64,000 bases of DNA. Source: Podarcis melisellensis. Taxonomy: Eukaryota. The notes beneath the pieces are model-generated. The model ran no database searches. It was given only the letters and a program-made list of their open reading frames with translations, and was not told where the DNA came from. Where the stretch lies: NCBI GenBank assembly GCA_964234715.1, contig OZ174278.1, one strand, 5' to 3'. Of this stretch, positions 11,191-25,222 are shown piece by piece. The position numbers and the translations under genes are program-made. Position 1 is the stretch's first letter; each line of letters begins with the position of its first letter.

Positions 11191-14100
11191 AATTAGTATT
11201 TTCCCGAGCTCTCCACTAACAAACACACTGACCAATAGGAACACAAGAGCAGTTCACACTCTAATAGCAGCCTGCAAGAGAGTGGGCTATAGCAACCAGC
11301 ATAGATTATATTGGAAATCAAAGCACTCTGAATTCCTCTTATGTAAAACTGTAGTAAAACTTAGCATGCTTTGTCTAAAGGGATATTATCAGTGTACTCA
11401 AAACTTTTCAAACTGGGCCTCCTTAACTTACTCTGCCTTCAAATCCACCAGCAGCCATCTTTTGGCAGGGGAGCGCACAGATTAGTGTTAGGATCTGGGA
11501 CACCTCTCTAACCTTGGCATTAGAAGACAGCACTACATCTCAGCCTCCCTATAAAGATAGCTCACAAAAGGAAGAGACAAGGGAGAGAAGGAACTGCTGT
11601 GGTCAGAAGGACCCAGATGGCTTCTGCTTCTGCAATCTCCACAGTTAGTGTAAATTTTGGTAGCTGCAGCACAAAACTGTTTCTGCTCAGTGTACAGTGG
11701 CTTTACCTGCTACAGGAATTTCTCTCTCTATGGAATCTGGTGGTTTTTGTTCAGGTGTCTTGTGCTCCCTTTTAAGGGAGACTACTTCACAGTATGCAGG
11801 AAATCTTCTACTTCTCCTGTGCTGCAATTAAATGGGCTCTTCAAATGTACTAGAGCTAGCCCAGAAAGGGCAAATAAGAACTTGTTTTGAGGGATTGTTG
11901 CTGGCACCTCCACTTACATTTGAACATGTTTTCTTCAATGAATGAGTGCAGTAGTTTCCACTGGTGGATCTAAGCATTCACTTTACCAAGAAAGAACTTT
12001 GCCATTATAACTACTTCCTGCCATCTGCTTAGGAAGTTTTACTTCTTCATGAGTAATGTACATCTGTTTACATTCTTACAGGAATGTACTTGTACATTTG
12101 CTGTATGCTTTGACATCTAATTCTTTGCTTTCACTTAGTAGACAGACTCCTTTCCGGGAACTAGAAAAAACTTCTTAGTTATGTGCAGGAAATGTACCTT
12201 CTGCAGGTGTAAATACAATCCAACCCCTACTGTAAAAGGGTCTGGGCAGGTGGCTGTGGTTTGGCAAGAATGGCATGGTGAGCCAAATGGGGATGCCTGG
12301 CAGCCCTGATTAGGGGATTTGAACCCTGGTCTCCCTGCTCCTAGTCCAATATTTTAACCACTACACCACATTGGCTCTTATCTTATTCTTATCTGTTTCT
12401 GCCAACAACTTTGAAATGATTAGGACTGAGAAGCAACCTGTTTCATACTATGGAAGGCTTAGCCCAAGCAAGACAGACTTGCAGTGCACCTTGTGATTGA
12501 GAAGGCATTCTAGAGTATACCAGTACCGTTACAAAGTTCACTTTTCACAGTTGATGTTGGTTTCCTTTAAGATGCTTTGAAAGTGACTCGGCTGACCACA
12601 TCCACATTCTGAAATACCATTTTTGAGAACTCCCAACGAAGCTCCAGCCAAAAGAACAGGAACTGACTCATTTTACAATGCCTGTTCAACATGTAATCAG
12701 TTTAGAGATTTTTGGCCAAAGTTACAGACAGGAATCGTGAGGAGTCAAAGTAGGAGACCCATTTACCACTTAAAACTGGCACACATACCACTGAAATTTA
12801 AGTGCAAGAAAGATGGCCGAAAGCGGTGTAAAACCAAACTGCACACAAGCCACCACAGATTTATCATTACACAGTTAACTGCATGTGTACCTTCTAATAC
12901 ACAACACACAAACACCGATAAACCACTCCTGAATGCTACATCACCTAATAATAACTAAACAGAAAAGGATGCAGAAGGAAAAACACATCACTATTTGAAG
13001 GCACAAGCAGTAGAAATTACAAGCAGATGGCCTATAGACTCAAAAAATGGAAAGGGTAAAGAGTCAAAACACAGAAAACAGGTATGTGGTGTAGTCCTCT
13101 TCAGTGTGGTAGCTTTGCACACATAGACAGATCATCATGTGAGGATGCTTTCAAACTACCAATCCTCACATTCACCATGTTCAAAGGAAGTAGAGAGAGA
13201 AATTCAGGGTAGAGCCTACATTACAGCCCATGTGAGAAAGAAGACAGAATGCTCCACCTTTCTATGGTAGAGACCACCAAGAACCTCCAGGCAAGCCGAT
13301 CTGAACATTCCAAAGAAAGAGAGAACAGCAAGTATATTTGGAACTAGAATCTGAGGAGTCAAAGGCTTCCTATCTCTTGTTCCTTAAGAAGGACGTCTTC
13401 ACAGGAATGCCACACAGAAAGGGAATCTCAAAAGCAGCAGAAAGTTCATTGCTTATGTACAAGTGGATGGGGAGACCTGAAAGGAAAATGGGAACAAATC
13501 TGAGGAAATGTTGAGAGAATCATGATGGGGTTTTGGAGGATTCAGAAAATGAAAAAGCACTAAGCTGCTGGAGACAACTACATTGTAACCATTCCCAAGG
13601 TAAAGCATCTTGGATTCCAAATATAAGCAGCAATATTAGAAAGTAAGATGACAAATGTAGGACTATCAAAAATGAATTCATCCTTGATGCACCTCACACC
13701 TGCACTATCCTCCCAGAATACACATGTTGTGCCATCTCTGTAAACCTTCCTTAAAAACTCATTTCTTATGTGAAGCTTTTGACTTCACCCCTCATGTCTT
13801 AATTGATGCTCAATTACAACTGTCGTGTTTGGTATTAGCTATACTGAACAATTCCTCTGAAAAAATCACCACTATACAGTAAGTGTGCTCTTTGTCAAGC
13901 CCATTGAACCCATGTCTAAACCAATATTTTTTTTCGTGTTCACTAGAACATAATGTGTTTTCTGCATCCTTAAGAATTTTCTTTTGTCCAGGCAGTGCAA
14001 GAGCTTCTGAAAAACTCAGCTATAAGTGATAGACAATGGGGACTGTTATAAACAGCCAGACTACTATAATATCTTTAAAACTCAAACAGTGTTCTAACGT

Positions 14101-17100
14101 GGAGCTATACACACATCTATGCTAAAACTGAAATCCTGGCTGTGTTTGAAGCCAGCAGGAATACAACTTTAAACTGATTTTGTTTTAAAAACACAATGAC
14201 AACCAATGTCCATTGAATGTTCTTTTCCCCTTCTTTAGTAGGCATCTTCAAAGTATGCTAGCCCCATATCAAAGAGCTACATATCCTGAGATGAATTTGT
14301 TCTTATTACAGTTCAGGAAAAATGACACGAAAACCAGAGGAAATTAAAAGCAACACAACTTGCTTGTCAAACTTAATATGTGACTAGCACTTGCCTGGGG
14401 CTACTGAGACTGGCATTAGGAATACAGAATAATTGTCACTGTACAAAATGTAATCTGGCAATAAAAGATCCCAGAAACACACTAAATTATTGTTGTATTT
14501 CCCACTGGAGAAAAGATTATAAAATATACAGTACAGCAAATAACTGGCATTTAAAAAGGATCATCAGCATGGATTCCATTTCACTTGCAGTGAATACTAG
14601 TAATACAGTTATTTTAGCACACCAACTGAATGTGTGCTTACTCAGAAGTAATTCTTACTAAGTCCAGTGTGTCTTAATTCTTAATAAACATCTTTAGGAT
14701 TGAATCCTATGGGCTATTAGAGTAACTTTCTAATATCTAATACATCTCTAATGAAAACAACACAACTACATCTGGGCTAGGGAAGGTCTAGCTCAGGTAA
14801 GTTTTGATAAATTATATTTACTGGATAGTTTATTTGTTTAGTCAGTTATTTCAAATATTTTAAATAGAACTGCTACTTAATAACTTTGTACAGTACCTAT
14901 AATTAAGGGGCCCACATTACACTTTTTGCAGATACTTGTTACTGATGCATCATGAATTCTTTAAATAGAGATACATATTATGCAAAAAATTAGTGCAGAC
15001 AAGTATAGTTACTTTTATTGGACATAAAAAGAGAGAAACATACCAATGTAAATAAAATGATTTTTCCATGCTGACATACATCTTACTCCTGCTAGCATAC
15101 CTAAGAGCTAAATCTGCCACCACGGAACCAGAGCTTCTCAATTCCTAGCTGGATAAAATAAGGTGCTATGATCTGCATTTCCTGTAAGAGCTATAAATGA
15201 ATTATTTCAGCCACAGCAGCATTACTGCTACACAACTCTGTGATCCCTAGAATCCACACATCCCTGATATTTGCTGGGTCTACAAGTGTACCAGCACAGA
15301 GACATCTTGTGCACAGAGACAACAAAGCTATGAATCAGGACCTAAATATGTAACATGAGAACTCATCCTAAGTAAGGAATAGGATACTTAATGGTCTAAA
15401 CCAATACACAATTATCAACATGCAAGCCCAGTAAAATCAATGAGCTTGGGCACTCCTAACTTCAACAGAAAGCACATAGGTAGTCCCTGGTGTTTTTCCA
15501 CCCACCCACAGACAAACAGCAGCACCAATGCCTCTCAAAATTCCCCTCCTTTTAATGTGGAACTTTGGCATTATCACTTCTGTCATCCCAGGTCACTAAC
15601 CTAACTTTTGAAAAGCCGAGGGCATGCATGCCTTTGCTACCACTCAAACTATAGCAGGGAAGGGGATCTTGTGGTAGGGATGCATTTCCTCACATCACTT
15701 AGCCTCTGTGCTCTGTCTTTAAACTTGTAAAAAGTAAAAGGCAAGATAATGCATATGGTGTTCCATTCATTGTGGGGAAAGGCAATGTCATAATGGAAAG
15801 TGGTTCAGCATTTCAGACTATAAGGGAATTGGCGAGGGGGGGGGGAATCACTATGAGATGCTTCACAGGAAGTGATTCATAAATGAAATAATTTTAAGAA
15901 GCAAATAGAAACATTAATCTAGTTGACGTACGGTAACTTGATTTAATTGGGGGACAAGATATTTAGCCTTGCACATGTTGTTGTTGGGTCTAAATCTTAG
16001 TGAATGCTTATGAGAGAGGACAAAGTTAGTGCAGAAAGTGCTTAAGGGAACGTTATTTTGCCTGCCTACTTCTAAAAAATGCAAGTGGGCACAATGATTC
16101 CTGCGGCTGTGCCAGGACTGTACATCTGAGGGTCTTGCCATATGGAAAACTCCACCTTAACATATTTGAAGATTATCTGAATTACTTGGAAAATTGTAAC
16201 ACTAAGCCTTAAAAACCCTGTGCTTTTAAACCAAAATAGAATGAGAGAATTCTGATAGAACTTACAGGGATGCAGGTTTATGACTAATCTTAGGTTTGGA
16301 TTTACTCAGAAGTAAGGCCCATTCTCTATAAGGCACAAGGCAGATAAGTGTATATAGGACTGTAGCCTAGTTTACAGCTGATGGCATCTATTTTTATTTC
16401 AGTTCAATCAACATGATGAAAGTGAACTATCTTGGACTATGTCCGCACTAGAGAATAATACTCATTCTTTAAAAAGGAACAACCAGCACCATATTAGAAA
16501 TGCTTAACTACTGTGAAGCCTTTACTTATTAGAATTTAATCAGGAAGGACAATTGCTGAACTACTACAACCACAATATTTATATATTTATCACTTTTCAA
16601 AGAATTATCCCAGAAAAATTAAGGAAGATGGATCCTATCTGCTCAGGTAGTTAAGAAGATAAATGTGTGATTAATGTGTGGCTTGTTTGCAAATGTCACA
16701 CAACTCAGAAGAGCAAAACCATTAGCCATTCCCCCCTTCCGCAATATGCATTCTATAATACTTTGTTTCAAAAAAATTATACACCACTAGGTTGTATAAA
16801 AATAAAATCTTTAAAGCAGCTTACAGAAAATGAAAAATATATTGCTAAACCAGTAACTTTACAACTTTAGGAATACATGACTTGCTTACAGAATCAGCAA
16901 GTCTGTAGCCACTTCTAACAGCTTGCTCCACCTGCTTTGTATGCTACCGCCATACCATGTTAGATGAACGCATTCCCAGAGGTGCTTGGTGCTCCATTAA
17001 TTTTGTACATCATAGTGCAGAGGTGAGGTCTACATTAAATAGGGTCTCCTGCAGTAAGAAGAAAGGGAAACTTGCTCATACTAGTCATGGCCAACAGTTG

Positions 17101-19747
17101 GGAGGAGGGATGTTTGTGGGCAAAAAATAGATATGGTATATTAATTGGAATGGCACATGGAATTATGGAAGGTGACAGCCAGAAACATTTAATTATTTTT
17201 TTTCATTGCGTACATACTTGCCCATTAAGGAATGGGTGAAAAGTAGGGACATTGCTGGTAGACCTCTGAGCTCTATATCTATTTATTGATTGTTATAAGA
17301 CATTTTGCCTATTGATAAGACAACCATCGCCTATCCTAGTACAGCTAAGGCAATGACTCACTTTGGCCTGCCCTGTTAATTTATTGACACTAAATTGGTT
17401 CTTATGAACCTTTAGTGATTACAAATGAGCCACCAACTTTGTCTTACTATACAGTCCTACACAGTATAGCGTATTTTGTGTGTTGTAAAGCAGATATAAA
17501 AAGAATGTGATATTTTGAAGTGATAGTCTAAAACCCTGATCCAAATATTATGAAAAATTGTTATGCTATGGTGTATGCACCATACACCAACTATATTCAT
17601 TTTCTAAAGAGATCCTTTCAAGTTATATTGCAGTGGTTTCCCCAGCAATGAAAAGATGCAAGAGAAGAATCTATATTGCTTGAAACACTCATATTATTAT
17701 TAGGTAGGGAGGGGCGAGTTAATTGCTCTTGTGAACGAGGACAGGTTCAAACAACATTTGAGTTCAGAATTTCCACAGAGGTACTAAAATAATGTTATCT
17801 GACTTTGTTCACATAATAGATTCTCAACTGTTCCCAGAACACACATATGTGGGTCAAATAAACTGGGCAATCTATTTATGACTACAATTACTGTAATTCT
17901 AGTGGCACTTTTTCTAGCAACCACCAACCAGTCAATTTTTAAAAGAATGGCTCTTTTATAGGTTCTTTTTCACTCATTCTCTCCAGCATCCAGATTTTCA
18001 GAGGGTCTTCCTGGCAAGTGGAATATGAAAGAACTGCTGTTCATTAATTAAAATCACATTTTAAGTCTTCCTCATTGTCAACTACATCAGAGGTCAAAGT
18101 GGGATTTGAAATTCACCACAGAAATATAATGCTTCAAAGAAAAATTAGGGATCAGAGAAGGCCACTTTTGGAGAGCATTTAACTCTGTCTTCACTTTTAA
18201 TACTTCAAAACAGGGACATCACGCGAAGAGACTTTTCAAAGTGCAGTGATCAAACAAGATAAGGTAATTTTGAGTGACAACAAGTCTTGCTTCCTTTAAG
18301 TGCAAGAATGTGGATGGAGCATGGATAAAATTACCTGTTTCTTAGATTGCCAACATAGGAAGTTTTCACTTATAATGCTATCTTTTATGAGTGGCAAATA
18401 CATTGTGAAGCCTTCCAAACAGTTTGCTTAAGACTAGCAAGCAGCCTTTTCCAGGTGTTCATTGGACACACCTTAACTAGAACAAGAATGATTGCCAAGG
18501 TGGGGTTCTCATTCTTCCTGATTTACTAGGGAACAAGGCTGTTAAAATGCATGCTTATCTGAAAGTTCTTTTTTTTTAACTGCTCCTCTTATTAAGAATT
18601 TCCTGCTTATTTTTTACCTTTTAGACAGGAATCTATATTTTTACTGAAAGGACTCTTTATCTGTGAGCATTTAGTAGGAAAAAAGAAGGAACTATTCTGA
18701 AAAGTGTTAGAAAAATATAGAACAAAAGCAGGTCCTTTCTACCTTTTGCCATGTGTCTCAAACAATGGAGTACTGAAAACATCACTAAAACAATTAACCC
18801 TGGCTATACAAACGGGGGGGGGGGGGGAGAAAAGAACTGATTAAGACTAGAGACAGAACATTTTACACAGACCTTTACCTAGACCAGCCTCAATTAAGTC
18901 ATTTGCTTCAAAAGTATAATTAAAATAAACTGAAAAATAAAGGTGAGACATTACTACACAGAAGTCTACTGGATTCTCCCACCCCGCAATTTAGGTAAAC
19001 TTAATGTTATTGACTAAAAGGTAATTGTTTCCTCTATTTGTTTCAACACAACATGTTCTAAGAAAAATCTGAAAATGAGCTAATTGAAGGAAGTATGACT
19101 AACAGAGAAAAATATTTTTCTGTTAGCTCATGACATTTTTATTATACTGGAAACTTCATTCAAAACTTATGAACACTCTTTCAGGTTTGTTATGTCCTCT
19201 ACTATGTACTTGCTTTTCTCTGCAGCGTTAGTGTCAACATATTCAACAAGTTCCACTTTATAAAAAAATAAAATAAAATAGGGTGCCAATTTGTGCTAAC
19301 TTTTTTGTATTAGAACATGACAGACTGATATTTCAGGATGTCTTCCTGTCAGTCAGTATGCTGCAAGTAGTCAGTGGAAAGAAAAAGTAGAGTCTTTGAC
19401 TAGAGTCTTTTTCATTTCTAAAGACAGCTTATTATGAATTTAGACAGACAGTACAAAATAGTTCTGCATTGGAGGGAGAACATACTATTCAATTTCCAAT
19501 TAACAATTTCCTGCCTCCCCACAAAAAATCCTGAAAACATTTACCTTTTCAATCAGTTGCATGCCTCTTCCCTAAAACATCACCACAGAAACATCTCAAC
19601 ATTTTTTTAAACATGCCACCCCAAAACAGATTAAACAAATCATTTCTATTCTCCATTTCAATTCAGTTATTAGTTAGAAACCTGAAAATCTGGACGTAAT
19701 TTTAAACACAAAATAACAGACTATCTGTTGCACCACTTCTCACTTAC

Positions 19748-20210
19748 CCATTCCGAGCAAATAATACTTCCTGGTGAAAGGATTTTACAGCTTCCGTTAA
19801 CTAAAAAGCGTTCAGCACTACAGCTAGACAAGACAGATTACAAAATGCTTTTGTCAGAAGGCAGCGTGAAAGTTTCTCCCCCTACACTTATGTTCCAGAG
19901 TAAAGAGTCCTCAGCACTCCATTCCTGTGATAAAAGCAAGGTAACGACAAAGGAAAAGAGGCTCAGACAAGTTCCTGTCAAAGATTCTTAACTGCAGTCT
20001 TCTGAAAATAGTAAGCAATCTTAAAGTGACAGTTACCAAACTCCAAGGTGACGCTCATTAATCCAAATTGGCTGCAGCTGGCTTTATTGTCTACCATTTG
20101 GCTTGGTCAAGCCCACATGAGTGTTAAACTTTATCACATGTTGCTGAATCACCGCCTAGTCTCATCATTACAAACTACATGTAACTAAGCAATGCAAGCG
20201 AGGAAAGCTT
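19748..20210 (-). ncRNA. Putative first exon (proximal TSS) of the miR-221/222 host gene; also usable as a 177-nt internal exon 19924-19748
   Basis: Donor GGAATGG|GTAAGTG at 19748/19747. It starts about 30 nt after a TATA box and contains no repeats. Internal acceptor cctcttttcctttgtcgttaccttgcttttatcacag|G at 19925/19924. Confidence 0.6.
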
Positions 20211-20320
20211 CTACTAACTCGAAGGCAGGGAGTTCTTATACACAGCCGCCAATTAGCTCTTGCCCAATCACAGGCTGCAACTAGTTGCCTCAGTCACATG
20301 ACAGGGCAGTCCTCACTACA
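20210..20320 (-). promoter_or_regulatory. Pol II core promoter: TATA box, two CCAAT boxes, M-box/AP-1-like composite
   Basis: Minus-strand TATAAGA 20240-20234, CCAAT at 20249-20253 and 20264-20268 (plus strand), and GTCATGTGAC(TGA) at 20302-20290. It faces the 19748 donor and the miRNAs. Confidence 0.65.
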
Positions 20321-21139
20321 GCAGAGAGATTTCTGAATTAGTTGGGGTTACACAAAGGACACTCATTGGGAGGGGGAAGCAGCGAGTACAAAATGAAAAC
20401 GCCCAGGCTGACTGCTGTTAAGTGCTTTAAAGCAGGAAACTCCCTCGCTTCATGCAGACACACAAATTCAGAACAATGTCTACTACACATGAAAATTAGT
20501 CAGGAGCCCTAAAATCTTGTTTTATAACCTATTTATGCTGCCCGCTGCCCTGCCAATTTTCCTGCTTTCACTTAATTAGTGATCACTTAAAACTGACCCA
20601 TTTCATAGAAACAAGCAATCAGGTACGATTAACAACATTATGATCTTAAGGAAAGAAACTTGCACCACCACAAACCACATTATTTATTCTTCATGAATGT
20701 AATTACATGTGTGTGTGTATATTAGCCTGAATATAAACTTGAACAATTATTTTATATGCAGATTGGTGACAGTCAAGTATATTCTCATATTTAGAAAAAC
20801 AGTTACCCTTAATTCATGCTACTCTGAATTTCATTCCATGCATTTAATTCTATTATTTACTAGCCTCAAACAATAATAGAATGAAATCACTTTTTCAGTA
20901 CTGCTACTCCAAATTTTCACAAAACATTGATGCTGTAAAATAGCTATTTCAGTACTGCTCTAATAAAGTCAAAATATATAAGATATGTAATTTAGTTCTG
21001 AACCTGAAGATTTGCATATGGTTAAAAGCATCATATGGTTACCGCAGCTGCTGTAAAAACTGGAGTACCTTGTAATGTTTCGTCCTCCTGTTATAGTTGG
21101 CCAATCCCAATTTATGGGCACGAACCATATGCCAGGACA

Positions 21140-21240
21140 AACCATAAGAGATGACTCAAGTTGCCTCGCCCCCACAGAACAACAGCCCTCTTTAGCAGGG
21201 GAAAGAATAACCCCTTATAGGTATGACTCAAAAAGCCTTA
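21140..21240. promoter_or_regulatory. Paired AP-1 sites ~1 kb upstream of the proximal promoter
   Basis: ATGACTCA twice (TGACTCA at 21152-21158 and 21224-21230). Confidence 0.45.
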
Positions 21241-23774
21241 TGCTATATTCAGAAAATGCATTAAAATTACTCTGGAGTGCTTTCATATCCTGGGATAGCA
21301 ATGCAGGAATTTGATATCCCAGACTAAATCAGAACAGCTTGTCCTGGAGTAACTTCTTTTTACACCAGAATTATCTCCAGAGCACAACATGCCACAGAGA
21401 AAAATATTCTGTTTGAATAAGCTATAATGTGTTCAAACATTGCATTACAATCTTGGATCACGCTACACAGCCATGTTGGTACCTGCCTGACGAGAGCAAG
21501 AGCCAGACTTAGAAGGCAAATAAATTAATGCATACATATGAACCAATCTAATAACCTAGTTGCAGATCCTATTAAAACTCAGCTTTATACAAATTATATG
21601 AAAAAATTGCAATGCCCCGAGAGAAACACCTATTTATATATTTCAGGATATATTTCCAATCAGCCAACTCTGGACTGTCAAATTCCAAATATATTATCTG
21701 TGATTTCACTTTGCTGCAACCATGACATGTCACAGATGCATTGCTACTTAGTTATGTCACATGGTTGCAGCAGAATGAAATATACAAGGCATACTTTTCA
21801 CCCAAGAAAATGTTTGTTTGTTTGTTTGTTAAAATATTTTAACACATCACCCTTTTATAGGCTACCCTTTCCAGTTTATTTTTTATTGCCTTTGGGGAAA
21901 ATAATTTCTGGAAATAAAGGCATTTAACTTTAAGTTGTTGTGACAGAACACCCTTATAATAAACACCTTATAATAAATACATTTCATATTAAAACCAGCA
22001 AATGCCTTTCATAAATGATAATATGGAATTGATTTAAGGCATGTTAGTATTTGGTGGTTCTTGGTAATACCCACAGTATAGCATATAAATAAAGATCAAG
22101 CTACGTCTTTAAATCAAACAAAAGCTTCGAAAGTTATTTTAAAGCTTCTTTTAAATCTTATCCATTACACTTAAGAAGAAATTCAAGGTAATTTAAATTT
22201 GAATAGTGTTTTCTTACAATTCTAAAGATAATCTTTATGAAACTGAACTCACATCAACTTTTAACAGAATCTGTTTACAAGTTCTAAGGACTGTGTATTT
22301 ATTTAAAACATATGCACCATAAAAGAGCTATTGTCTTGTAAGACACATTGCTCTCACTTTCGTACTGAGATTGTACACACATACACAAATCCATCTACAA
22401 TAACTACTCCGGGTAAATTCTTAACACATCAGAACAAAAAGGTAAAAACACAGTAAAACAAGAAGCAAAGAAATACAAACAAATCCCCCTTAAATTAACC
22501 TCACTAGACTTTACATTAGTCTATACATTTTAATAAATATATAATGATATATAATATATAAACAACCATCTTTGTCTTGCACCCATATAACCTCTATCAC
22601 AGGAAAGAGCACTTCATCCAGCAAATTGTAAACAGCAACAAACACAACAATTAGGCAGGTTCCCAAGGCACACAAGAAATTTAGGGATTACAGTGAAATT
22701 TTGGTCTCAAGATTGCTAGAATCCAGTAAATAGGATGCCCCCCTTTTTACACTAAGTAGAATTTGCAAGAAGAATTTATTAAACATGCAAAGAAAGACCA
22801 AAGTTTCTCATCCTATATAAATTTAAATACATGCAGATGTGGACTACTCTGGTCTAATTTGAATGGGTGTGTGTGGGAGTGGATTAATGGTGAAATAATT
22901 CTCAAATGTGGAGCAATCCCAAAGAAAAATCACATAGATTTTTTAATGGAGTGCTGCTTTTATAAAACGTGTCTCCTTTTTACAGAATTTCCAACCAAAT
23001 AAGATTCTTTGGGAACACTAAACCAAATTAGAATTTTGCAACCTAAAGCCTTCTCTTGCTTCAAAAGAATGATACAAATTATATGATGTTCTTAACTAAT
23101 GTGTTAATAGAATTCTATAAATGACACTCCAGATGAGTATCTTGAAGCCCATCTATATTAACACCCTAGTGGCCCAAATACAGAAATATAAGGATCGTGC
23201 ACCAGCTATAACAAGGAACTGCATCTCACTGCAACTTCAGTGGTGCTCAGCCAGCAGCTGTGATTCTATGTCACAGAGAGAACTGGCTGCAAAGCTAGGG
23301 GGATCAGCAATTTGCTGCATGACATAACACACTGTTATAAACGAAGATTTGGTTGTGATAAAAATCTGACTCAACCCATCAATATTTCAGATCCAAGTAC
23401 ATTGTTATCTTACAACCAAGAAAGAACCATGCCTATGTGTGCACCTTGCTCCAAGAAAACTCTGTATCAGTACACCATCCCATCCCATCTGATTTTCTCA
23501 GAATCAAGATTTGTCCATCCCTTTCCTAGCTTCTTTCTTCACAATATTTAGGTAACTCTGGCTCCAACTCGACAAAAACACTAGTAAGCAAAGTGTCTTC
23601 CCTTTGAATAGACATGCACAAGATAAGCTGTCAGAATCTTTTATCTCCAGTGCTTTGAGAAACTAGTTTTCTTTAACTTGCACACTTGCCCATTCTCAAC
23701 CTCAACCATGTCCCTCATGATAAATAACATTTTGGTACACGTATCAGGAAGAATGAGGTTGGATGGGCATTTAG

Positions 23775-25110
23775 CTATTTATAAAAAAACATTTATACAC
23801 CACTAATTCATGAAAAATACTATCTATACAGCCATTCAGTAAAAATCATATAAAAATTTAAAATCAGAAATCAGATAACTACTGTGGGAAGATGTATTCT
23901 TAATTGCCTGCGTTAACATGATGGAATATAAAACTATTCAACAGGCGTTTAAAAGCTGAAACAGAAGGCTTCTGCTGAATCTCTATCGGAAGAGTGTTCC
24001 ACAGTAACCCAACCTCAAGGTTACTAACACATGGGCTACAATGATCCGGGTATCCCTGTCCAAGAATAGCTATAGCTGTCAAACCAGACAAAGCTGGTAA
24101 GAGGTACTTGTAGCCACAGAGGACACTTCGGTCTCTAGTGGCAAATGTATCAAGGAGAACCCCCAAACTACAGACTTGTTCCTTCAGAAGGTGTGCAACA
24201 CCATCCAGAACAGGCAATCTACCTATCTCCTAGAAATAGGGATCCACCTGAAGCAGCTCAATTTCCCCAGGATTCATGTAGTTTATTGACCTTCATCCAG
24301 ACAATCGCTGTGCTCAGACACCAATCCAGAACTCTCACAGCCTCTCCTGATTCGCCCCTGGTCAGCCTTCAGACCATATGGAACAACTCTGCTGGACAGC
24401 TCCTCAAGCACTGATCTCACCGTCATGTGGTAAGACCAATTATGAGCCCAAACACATGACTGGTCTGCTTCTGAGCACGATTTATGCCACTTACACTCTA
24501 GCCCATGCCTGGTCCATGGTTGGCATGGAGGCCATGAACTATTGAGTAGAACCTTAGACATTTTCAGAAGGAATGTTGAAGTCACCCAAAACCACAGTTA
24601 TGTGCTCCTCCAACACCACACCTAAGACAACCTCAGCTAGTTTACTCAGGGATGAGCAGCAGGGTGGGTTGTGCATCAACAGCATCCCTAACCTGTCTCT
24701 TTGGCTCAGCACCAGATGCAGGCCCTACAGCCCTGCTCAAAGAGAGATGGGTTTCCTGGTGATGGGAAGTGAACTCCTATGGACTACATTCACACTTTCC
24801 TCCACCACTCCCGTCTGGGCTGATGTCATATGGAGTACCAGGGTAGACAGAGCTGAGTCAGATCTGGTCCACCCAGCTCCCCCACCCAGGTCTTGGTGAT
24901 ACAGATCAGATCTGCATGCTCATCAACAATCACATCATGGATCAGCATGGTTTTATCACAGACTGAACTGGCATTTAGCAATAGAACCACCAGACAGTTG
25001 GGAACAGTGGCAGAGCATCCATTAGTAGCACAGATAGGAGCGAGCTCAATGGGAAGAAGTATCAGGCGGAAGCACCTATCACCACCCCTCCATGAAGTGT
25101 TTCCCTATTC
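23775..25110 (-). mobile_element. L2-clade LINE relic with large internal deletions (endonuclease, RT-downstream and 3' end pieces)
   Basis: Minus-strand peptides include LLNASSV..KTMLIHDVIVDEHADLIC (APE start), VLGDFNI, PVLDGVAHLLKEQVCSLGVLLD and LWNTLPIEIQQKPSVSAFKRLL. The element is frameshifted. Confidence 0.85.
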
Positions 25111-25138
25111 AATAAGGAAATAGCTCAAAACATTAACA

Positions 25139-25222
25139 ATGCAATCCTAACCATGTTAACTCAGAAGTCTTCCTGAATTCAATAGGGCTTTCTCCCAGTA
25201 AGTGGCATTAAGATTATAGACT
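25139..25222. repeat. ~85-bp palindromic dispersed repeat (squamate hairpin/MITE-like family)
   Basis: gcaatccta...actcagaagt...ttcaatagggctt...cagtaagtg...aagatt. Related copies lie at ~14615-14710, 16295-16368, 43995-44075 and 51155-51218. Confidence 0.6.

Noticed and set aside
13000-13530. Possible Penelope GIY-YIG endonuclease remnant
   Set aside because: There is only a vague resemblance (PLQCG-like motif). It is too decayed to support without an HMM search.
19748-19751. Exon ending ATGG|gt as the first coding exon of a conventional gene (SH3KBP1/CD2AP-like pattern)
   Set aside because: The only strong downstream acceptor I found (2473) gives a stop after four codons and leads into the miRNA hairpins.
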